DNA of 64,000 nucleotides, from positions 62,001 to 126,000 of IMG/VR virus record IMGVR_UViG_3300043410_001892. One strand, written 5' to 3'. Below are positions 30,126-37,678 of the stretch, in pieces. The first letter of the stretch is position 1. Every line of letters starts with the position of its first letter. A program made the translations under genes and the position numbers. Under the pieces are notes generated by a model. The model saw nothing but the letters and a program-made list of their open reading frames with translations. It searched no databases and was not told where the DNA came from.

Positions 30126-30896
30126 TTATCCTATTATAAATGCATACCCTGTTCCACCAGAAATAAGTGTTTCAAGTTCTTTATCAAGTTTTTCAATTTC
30201 TTCTTTGCCAGCTGTTTTTAAATCATTGCCATTCATTGTAATGCCACCGCCCGGTCCTGCAATACTTGAAAATAAACTACGAGCTTCACCTAACATAATT
30301 TTACAAGTAGCAAGCGTGTAATCACGTAACCATTGTTTAGCATATATGTCAGTTAGTAAGACAAAGTCAGGGCGATAGTTATGTGATTTAATTAGAATCT
30401 GTTCACCTTGCGCAAACGGACGTTGTAAAATTGTTAAAATATGACTTTGTGGTTTCCATTTAAATTCAATATAACTACCAAACATTCTACCAACTAATTT
30501 TTGGTATCCTGAAAATAGTTCATAAGTTGCAAGTCCGCCCATCATACTACCACTCATTAGATATGTGTTAGTATATGCTAAGTTAAATGGTTCAAATAAT
30601 GTACCACCTGCACCAATACCTGACCGTGAGCCAATTGCTCTTCTAAATACACTTTGTACTTCAATAATTTCGTCAGGTAATCTATATTCGTTTTGATCTT
30701 GTATTAATTCTAAAAAGCTGTAACTTTCTTCTACTGCATTTGGACTGCGTTGTCTAAAGCGTGTTAACGCTCTGTCTAATGCGGTTTCGTAATGAATTGG
30801 ATCTAAGTCTATGTCAATGAGGCCATCTCCCAACATTACTCGTACATAATCAAATACTTTATTTCGTTCTATTAATGAGGTTGTTTCATCAGACAT
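30126..30896 (-). CDS. gp13: Neck protein (T4 gp13-like)
   Basis: RVMLGDGLIDIDLDPIHYETALDRAL, WLRDYTLA, GPGGGITMNG; start MSDETT after GGAG. Confidence 0.85.
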   Translation of the reverse strand: MSDETTSLIERNKVFDYVRVMLGDGLIDIDLDPIHYETALDRALTRFRQRSPNAVEESYSFLELIQDQNEYRLPDEIIEVQSVFRRAIGSRSGIGAGGTLFEPFNLAYTNTYLMSGSMMGGLATYELFSGYQKLVGRMFGSYIEFKWKPQSHILTILQRPFAQGEQILIKSHNYRPDFVLLTDIYAKQWLRDYTLATCKIMLGEARSLFSSIAGPGGGITMNGNDLKTAGKEEIEKLDKELETLISGGTGYAFIIG

Positions 30897-30920
30897 ATAT
30901 TGCTCCATGTTAATCGTTGT

Positions 30921-30989
30921 GATAAATAAAAATGTAGCTCGCGGAACGGCAATTCCCAACTACCTTAATGCCTCAGGAGGACATCAACA
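30921..30989 (+). promoter_or_regulatory. Late-like promoter plus two-hairpin leader of the endonuclease gene
   Basis: GATAAATA at 30921; stem GTAG..GGAA-cggcaa-TTCC..CTAC at 30934-30963; stem ATGCCT-cagg-AGG(a)CAT covering the GGAGG Shine-Dalgarno. Confidence 0.55.
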
Positions 30990-31631
30990 ATGATATTTAT
31001 CAATAATAAATATACCAACATCTATTTTAATATAATCAGATCTGCACAAATACGAGAGTCATTAACTGGATATACTGAAAAACACCATATCATACCAAGG
31101 AGCTTATGCGGCTCAAATAAAAAAGATAACTTAGTTATTTTAACTGCTAGAGAACATTTTATCTGTCACTGGTTACTTACTAAAATGGTAGCAGGCGATA
31201 ATCTAAGAAAAATGAAACACGGGTTATGGAGAATGTTAGTTCAAGGTGCAACTTTTCAAATAAGATATAAACCAAATTCTCGTACATATGAAACACTAAG
31301 ATACAAATACGGATCATTACGAAAAGGAATAAAAACTTCAGATGAGGTTAAAGCAAAAATCTCAAAAGCAAATAAAGGTAGATTAAAAGGTGAAAATAAC
31401 CCAATGTACGGAAATACTCATACTGCAGAATCTAGAAAGAAGATATCAGAAAAAGCACAAGGTAGAACGCCATGGAACTTAGGTGTCACACATACTTATG
31501 AAGTAAAACAGAAAATGTCAATATTAGCATTACAAAGAACAAAATATAAATGTGAACATTGCGGTGTAGAATGTGTTAAATGTAATTATAATAGATGGCA
31601 TGGAGCAAACTGTAAATCTATCGTAAGATAA
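30990..31631 (+). mobile_element. Free-standing HNH homing endonuclease with NUMOD3 motifs
   Basis: EKHHIIPRSLCGSNKKDNLVILTAREHFICHWLL; HTAESRKKISE and NPMYG NUMOD3-type motifs; C-terminal CEHC..C..H..C. Confidence 0.9.
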
Positions 31632-31657
31632 ATATCATAATACCAAGGAGAAGTACT

Positions 31658-33073
31658 ATGCCGAGACTTAGTCTTTATAAGCCGGAGAAAGGAAATAATT
31701 ACAGATTTATTGATCGACAAATATCAAGAATGTTTCAAATTGGCGGAACTGACGTTCATTTTCACAAATATTTAGGTCCAAAAAACCAAACAGAAGGAAC
31801 AGCAGATCAACCAGTTTACGATGTAATAAAAGAAACTAACATTCAAGATTTGTTGTTTTTAGAAAATAGAGATCGAAAATACGAAGAAGAAATATATTTG
31901 CTTAGAGGGCATTATCAAGTTCAAAACATTGATTTTAGTTTAAGTCAATTTGGGTTGTTCATTGATAACGACACAGTGTTTATGACTGTGCATATCAACG
32001 ATTTTATTACATCAATTGGTCGTAAACCACTTACAGGTGATGTTATAGAATTACCACATTTACGAGATGATTTTGCTTTAAATGAATTAGATTTAAGTGT
32101 TCCAAGATTCTTTGTAATAGAAGATGTTGGTAGAGCAAGTGAAGGATATAGTGCAACATGGTATCCACATTTATATAGATTAAAGTTGAAAAAAATTACA
32201 GACAGTCAACAATATTCTGACATCCTTGATCAACCTGCGGGCGAAGATGCACCGTATGCATTACGTGAATTATTAAGCACTCGTAATAAAGAGTTAGAAA
32301 TAAATGATGCTATTTTACGTCAAGCAGAAGCTGATTCTCCAATGAGTGGATTTGAAACTCGTCAATTTTATACAATAGCAGTTGATCCTATAACAGGTGA
32401 AACATTATTATCTACGGTTGACAATGCAGATTTATATGCAAGTTCAAATGGCGCTTCAATAAATTCAAGCAGTGTAAATGCAATACCATTAAGATCAGGA
32501 TATACTGGTTACTTATTTGGTGACGGATATCCGCCAAATGGTTATCCATTTGGACAAGGTATACATTTTCCAGAAAATCCAGCAAAAGATGATTATTATT
32601 TACGATTAGATTTCGTACCAAACAGATTATTTGTATTCAATGGTCAAAGATGGCTTAAAGTTGAGGATAACTTAAGAATGACAATGACTAATACTGATAC
32701 AAGACGAACACCAAAAACTAGCTTTATTAACAATAGCAATTATACATATAATGACGAAGTTGCAACTGATTACGTTAGACTTATTTCTGGTGTTACTACA
32801 TTTACTACTAAAATTGATTACACTACAGAAGCGTTATATTTGGTTCTAAAATTAGAAATTACTCGTTTAGAATTTGTTATAGCAGACACTGATAATTTAA
32901 TTGAATCGTACAGTCTTAATGGAGTTGATAAAATAAAAATCAACTTACCAGTAGTAAAAGATACACAACTTACTATACCATATGATGGAGCATGGAGAGT
33001 TAGTTTATATACCTATAGAGAAGCAGAGCGTCAAAGTCTTTCTAAAGCTCTTAGACCAAAAGCAGACTTGTAG
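31658..33073 (+). CDS. gp14: Neck protein (T4 gp14-like) with C-terminal extension
   Basis: LSQFGLFIDND, PLTGDVIELPHL, FFVIEDV; GATAAATA at 31627-31634; lies between gp13 and gp15. Confidence 0.8.
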   Translation: MPRLSLYKPEKGNNYRFIDRQISRMFQIGGTDVHFHKYLGPKNQTEGTADQPVYDVIKETNIQDLLFLENRDRKYEEEIYLLRGHYQVQNIDFSLSQFGLFIDNDTVFMTVHINDFITSIGRKPLTGDVIELPHLRDDFALNELDLSVPRFFVIEDVGRASEGYSATWYPHLYRLKLKKITDSQQYSDILDQPAGEDAPYALRELLSTRNKELEINDAILRQAEADSPMSGFETRQFYTIAVDPITGETLLSTVDNADLYASSNGASINSSSVNAIPLRSGYTGYLFGDGYPPNGYPFGQGIHFPENPAKDDYYLRLDFVPNRLFVFNGQRWLKVEDNLRMTMTNTDTRRTPKTSFINNSNYTYNDEVATDYVRLISGVTTFTTKIDYTTEALYLVLKLEITRLEFVIADTDNLIESYSLNGVDKIKINLPVVKDTQLTIPYDGAWRVSLYTYREAERQSLSKALRPKADL

Positions 33074-33109
33074 AACTGCAATATGTTTAAATAAAAGAAG
33101 GAGAACGCA

Positions 33110-34594
33110 ATGCAACATTTTTATGACGGTGCCATAAGACGGTACCTTACTCAAACAATTCGAGTTTTTAGTGAATTTACAGTACGATACGGTGACGGAA
33201 CGCTGCATCGTGTACCTGTCGGTTACGGTGACGGTGATCGGCAAACTACTAGTGTTATTAGACAAAATTCAGAAAACACTCTAAATTCAATACCACGTAT
33301 CAGTATATACATATATGGTCTTGATTTAGACCGAGATCGTCTTGCAGATTCAACATTTGTTAGTAAAAAAAGTATAAGAGAACGAGATATCAACGGAAAC
33401 GCTTACACTAATAATCGAGGTAGAAATTACACAATCGAACGCGTAATGCCAACCCCATTTAAATTAACTATGAAAGTTGATATTTGGTCTGCAAATACTG
33501 ATCAAAAATTACAAATTTTAGAACAAATTTTAGTGTTATTCAATCCAAGTTTAGAAATTCAGTCGACTGATAATTATATTGATTGGACGAGTATTTCTGT
33601 GTTAAATTTAGATAGTGTTGCTTGGACAAGTAGATCAGTTCCTGTAGGAAATGATAGTCCTATTGATATTGCTACATTAACAGTAGACTCACCAATATGG
33701 ATTAGTCCTCCTGTTAAAGTTAAACAACTTGGTGTTATTACTAAAGTTATTACTGGAATTACTGATGCAAATGCAGCAGGATCAACTGGATTTGGTACAG
33801 ACTATGTAGTACCTGATTATATTCAATCTGCACTGTTAACTGAAGTTATTTCGTGTGTAGAAAATTACACAATTGAAGTATTAGGAACACAAATCACATT
33901 ATACAGTTCACATGAATCAGATTTAGCAAATTACGTTTCATTTGATATGCCATCTCATAGCGAATATCCACGTAAATGGGAAGAAATATTTGAAAAATAT
34001 CCTAAAAAATTTATACCAGGAGTTACTCGTGTTTTCCTAATGCAACGCAATGGTACAGAAATTAATGGTACTGTATCACTTCATCCAACAGATGACGGTA
34101 TTTTACTAGTTGATTGGGATTATGATACATTAAATCCTAATACTGGTATTAACAGTCAAGGTTATTTAGATACCGATGATACAAGTTTGTATAATCAATC
34201 TCCGCAATATAGACCAAATAGCCCTGGAACATTTGATGCAATTATAGATCCGTTATCATATGATCCACATAGACCATTAAAAGAAAGCACAGATCAGCCT
34301 ATTCCAGTTGGTTTAAGATATTTAATAATTGAAGATATTGGTAGTGATATAAATGCCGACGGAGCAAGTGCTTGGAAATCTAATAACGGAAGTGATTTAG
34401 TTGCTCATGCTAATGATATTATTGAATGGACAGGCAGTCAATGGAATGTTGTTTTTGATTCGATACATGAAACAGATACTATGATTTGGCAAACTAATAC
34501 ATATACAGGTATACAATATCTATGGAATGGTATTTCATGGGTTAAAAGTTTTGAAGGAATTTATCCGGTGGGAAAATGGCGATTAGAACTGTAA
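33110..34594 (+). CDS. gp15: Tail terminator / sheath stabiliser (T4 gp15-like) with C-terminal extension
   Basis: FYDGAIRRYL, RVPVGYG, PRISIYIYGLDLDRDR, MPTPFKLTMKVDIWS, QILEQILVLFNP. Confidence 0.88.
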   Translation: MQHFYDGAIRRYLTQTIRVFSEFTVRYGDGTLHRVPVGYGDGDRQTTSVIRQNSENTLNSIPRISIYIYGLDLDRDRLADSTFVSKKSIRERDINGNAYTNNRGRNYTIERVMPTPFKLTMKVDIWSANTDQKLQILEQILVLFNPSLEIQSTDNYIDWTSISVLNLDSVAWTSRSVPVGNDSPIDIATLTVDSPIWISPPVKVKQLGVITKVITGITDANAAGSTGFGTDYVVPDYIQSALLTEVISCVENYTIEVLGTQITLYSSHESDLANYVSFDMPSHSEYPRKWEEIFEKYPKKFIPGVTRVFLMQRNGTEINGTVSLHPTDDGILLVDWDYDTLNPNTGINSQGYLDTDDTSLYNQSPQYRPNSPGTFDAIIDPLSYDPHRPLKESTDQPIPVGLRYLIIEDIGSDINADGASAWKSNNGSDLVAHANDIIEWTGSQWNVVFDSIHETDTMIWQTNTYTGIQYLWNGISWVKSFEGIYPVGKWRLEL

Positions 34595-35025
34595 CAGACA
34601 GTATTGTATGTAGTGGATCGTTGATTTATTCAAGATCTACTCATAGATTTTTACTCATTCAAAAGTCTTCAGGCAAACATCAAGGAACTTGGGGATTAGT
34701 AGGAGGCACAAATTTAGCCAACGAAAATCCCTGGCAGGGTCTTACCCGTGAAATTGAAGAAGAAATAGGCTTTTTACCAGACATTAAAAAAACTCTACCA
34801 TTAGAAAAATTTGTATCAAATGATAGTATTTTTAATTTTCATACATATTTTTGTTTAGTTGATAACGAATTTGTTCCAATTCTAAGTGATGAACATATTG
34901 CTTGGGGTTGGTTCAGTATGTCTGCATTACCAAAGCCAATACATCGAGGGTTAAATCTTAGTTTGCGTAATAAAATTATTCAAACTAAGATTCAAACTGT
35001 AATTGACATTATTGATAGTTTATAA
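34576..35025 (+). CDS. NUDIX hydrolase
   Basis: WGLVGG-x5-E-x7-REIEEEIG Nudix box. Confidence 0.9.
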   Translation: MAIRTVTDSIVCSGSLIYSRSTHRFLLIQKSSGKHQGTWGLVGGTNLANENPWQGLTREIEEEIGFLPDIKKTLPLEKFVSNDSIFNFHTYFCLVDNEFVPILSDEHIAWGWFSMSALPKPIHRGLNLSLRNKIIQTKIQTVIDIIDSL

Positions 35026-35943
35026 TTTTGCTTTAATATCAGCTAACATATTGTCAATTAGTCGTTTTGTTTCGTCTTCGTTAAAATCCATTGCAGTATC
35101 GTTTAGCTGATCAGCTTCAAACGACGAAAACATGTTAATTCTAATTGGACTATATCGTTTATTAAATCCTTCTTTTTCAATGATATTAAAATGATTTGGA
35201 TAAGTTACATTTTCAGCAAATGTACTTCCTAAAATTACAGTTCCCGGTGTATTAACTGCGTAAGCTAAATGTTGTCCTACACTATCACACCCTATAAAAT
35301 AATCAGCATGTTGAATAATTGAACCCCAAGTACGCAACGGAACATTTTCTGGGTGTCTTGTATATTCATTATTTGGTATTTGAAATTCTGACATACTGAT
35401 AATATTATAATACTTGCTTAATTCTTTTGCAATTGATATAAATGTAGATAAATTTAAACTTCTACTCATTGGGTCAATTACTGTATTAAGATCAGTGCAT
35501 TCTTCAGAACTGCGACCAAATGGTTGAATTACAATAGTTTTTTCTTTGTTAAACTGTTCTTTTGCTCTTAAACATGCTACTTTCCCAGTAATATCGTCTT
35601 GTTTGTTAAACATAATATTAGGTCGGTAATCAAAATCTTCTCTAATACTACCATTTATTAATTTATCAAATGCCTGTGAGATATTAATTTTTTGATTATA
35701 GTATTCATAATCAGCATACGGTTCTGGTATAATTAATTCACTACCTTTAATAATATTTTCAAATATGCCTTTAGTTGATGATTCGTACATCCTATCTTGT
35801 AATAACGGATTGCCTAATAAAAATTCAGACCCGCCATCAAGAATAATATACGAATCTGGGTTTTCAATAATAAACCGCTCTAACGCCGGAATAGCGCATA
35901 TTACTCTCCCCATACCACCGTTGATTAAAATTGTCTTTTTCAT
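35020..35943 (-). CDS. Glycosyltransferase family 9-like (heptosyltransferase fold)
   Basis: GGMGRVICAIP N-terminus, IVIQPFG, and ADYFIGCDSVGQHLAYAVNTPGTVILG C-terminal motif. Confidence 0.8.
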   Translation of the reverse strand: MKKTILINGGMGRVICAIPALERFIIENPDSYIILDGGSEFLLGNPLLQDRMYESSTKGIFENIIKGSELIIPEPYADYEYYNQKINISQAFDKLINGSIREDFDYRPNIMFNKQDDITGKVACLRAKEQFNKEKTIVIQPFGRSSEECTDLNTVIDPMSRSLNLSTFISIAKELSKYYNIISMSEFQIPNNEYTRHPENVPLRTWGSIIQHADYFIGCDSVGQHLAYAVNTPGTVILGSTFAENVTYPNHFNIIEKEGFNKRYSPIRINMFSSFEADQLNDTAMDFNEDETKRLIDNMLADIKAKL

Positions 35944-36379
35944 AAATCCTCAATTTGTTTTCATTATTTACACAGTATGATAGCAAGATATCTCTAATAT
36001 GGTTTGACCAAAATTCTGCATCTTGTGTGCTAACTCTAACATTGTAAGTTATTGGCGGTTGAAATATTTGATTAGTATTTTGGTATTTACAAAATAAACA
36101 TGTATCAACAAATACTGTAAAATCTGCATTAAATAAGTTTCTTATTTTAGCAGTAGGCGCAATAAAATCACAAATAACATATTTTGATTTAGATTCATCT
36201 GCTAATGATTTCATTCTAATGCCTTGTCGTAACCGACCTTCATCACTAAAATCCCAATCATTATAAAGTGATCGAATAGTATCACCGTTATAATATGTTG
36301 AATTTGGTAATTTTTCTATTAATTTACGAGCTAATGTAGTTTTACCGGCCCCTGATAATCCCATAATTAAAATTTTCAT
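35864..36379 (-). CDS. cysC: Adenylylsulfate (APS) kinase-like protein
   Basis: GLSGAGKTT, NGDTIR, DFSDEGRLRQ and DFIAPT mirror CysC motifs. Confidence 0.8.
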   Translation of the reverse strand: MKILIMGLSGAGKTTLARKLIEKLPNSTYYNGDTIRSLYNDWDFSDEGRLRQGIRMKSLADESKSKYVICDFIAPTAKIRNLFNADFTVFVDTCLFCKYQNTNQIFQPPITYNVRVSTQDAEFWSNHIRDILLSYCVNNENKLRIYEKDNFNQRWYGESNMRYSGVRAVYY

Positions 36380-36897
36380 ATATTAAAAAAGTCAGTAGCA
36401 CTGTTTCTAATGTTTTCGCATTTATCGTATAATGCAACATAGTCGTATCCTAACTCTTCAAATGCTTCGTGTCTAATAGCATTTTCAAAATCAGTTTTAG
36501 CCTCAACGGTATAACCCCATCGTCTATAAGCTTCTTGTCGTATTTCTAACGATTGATCATTTACTGCTTCTGGCGGATATCCAAATGTTCGATACGCAAG
36601 TCTACGAATAAAGAAAAACGGACTTTCGCAAGCTTCTAGTTTAATACCAGTAAATGCCCAATATCGCATATTATAACTTAAATCTGGATCAGGTAATGTA
36701 AATGTGTTTAAAGCCATACTTGCTTCCCATCGAATATCCGGATCTGGATCAGTTAGTGCCGCTTCTGTAAATCCGTTTGTTCGATATGCATATTCACGAA
36801 TTTGGTAATCTGGGTCGTCGTATGCTTCATCTGTTATTCCGTTTTCCTTGTAGTATTGTAGTCGTTGTTTTGTTGTTAACTCACTCATTTCTGTCAT
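36376..36897 (-). CDS. HEAT-like helical repeat protein
   Basis: About six 21-22-aa units D-x-x-x-x-I-R-x-x-A (DPDYQIREYA, DPDPDIRWEA, DQSLEIRQEA, DFENAIRHEA). Confidence 0.7.
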   Translation of the reverse strand: MTEMSELTTKQRLQYYKENGITDEAYDDPDYQIREYAYRTNGFTEAALTDPDPDIRWEASMALNTFTLPDPDLSYNMRYWAFTGIKLEACESPFFFIRRLAYRTFGYPPEAVNDQSLEIRQEAYRRWGYTVEAKTDFENAIRHEAFEELGYDYVALYDKCENIRNSATDFFNI

Positions 36898-37678
36898 AAA
36901 ATTTTCTCCAGTATTCTAAATCTGAGTATCGTTCTATAATATCATCAGGCAAAAGCATATGATTATTTATTTTGTTAACACTTGGTCGAACATCATGTAA
37001 TCCTGGTAGATTAACTTCGGCATCGCAACCGTTATCGTTAACTGTTGGAAGATTTGTAAAATCGTGTTTAAAATTTTCTATTTCTAAAAACTGATATAAT
37101 GCATTAATCTCAAATTCTGTATTTGAAACTAACGATTCATATTCTATCAAATATATAGAATGCGAATATTTTGAATGTATTGCTTGTTTTAACGCATTTA
37201 AACTATATCCAACTACACCATTCCAATCCATTAAGCATTCAGCTCTTGAATATACATTTACATATTGTGAACCATATACTTGTGAATATATTGAATACGG
37301 ATTTTTTCTGTATATAGTTTCAAACGAATTTAATATATCACATATTGAGCGTACACAGCAAATAATTTTTACATTAGGCATTGCGTTGTATAATATATCA
37401 ATGTGTCCAGCCCACATACGATTTGTATCAAAAATTATTTCATTTGGTATAGATTCATAGACTGTATCAAACACTAATTTTATAAGTTTTTGTGTATGTT
37501 CAGTAGTAACTATATGATTTGTTCCTGAATAATCAGGTTTAAGAAGTGAATCAACTAATGGCCCTACTCCTGATGTAATATTTGCATAGCATTTTGGATT
37601 CTGTGATAAGATTGACGATAATAATGTTGACCCAGATCTTGGTAATCCAGATATAAAAAAATATTGTTTGTTAGACAA
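36881..37678 (-). CDS. PAPS-dependent sulfotransferase
   Basis: 5'-PSB motif SGLPRSGSTLL, 3'-PB motif CCVRSICDILNS, IEYESL; TTG start overlapping the fibre stop. Confidence 0.9.
   Translation of the reverse strand: MSNKQYFFISGLPRSGSTLLSSILSQNPKCYANITSGVGPLVDSLLKPDYSGTNHIVTTEHTQKLIKLVFDTVYESIPNEIIFDTNRMWAGHIDILYNAMPNVKIICCVRSICDILNSFETIYRKNPYSIYSQVYGSQYVNVYSRAECLMDWNGVVGYSLNALKQAIHSKYSHSIYLIEYESLVSNTEFEINALYQFLEIENFKHDFTNLPTVNDNGCDAEVNLPGLHDVRPSVNKINNHMLLPDDIIERYSDLEYWRKFYDRNE

Noticed and set aside
30990-31631. Possible group I intron around the HNH gene
   Set aside because: The flanking gp13 and gp14 genes are intact and divergent; the endonuclease is intergenic.
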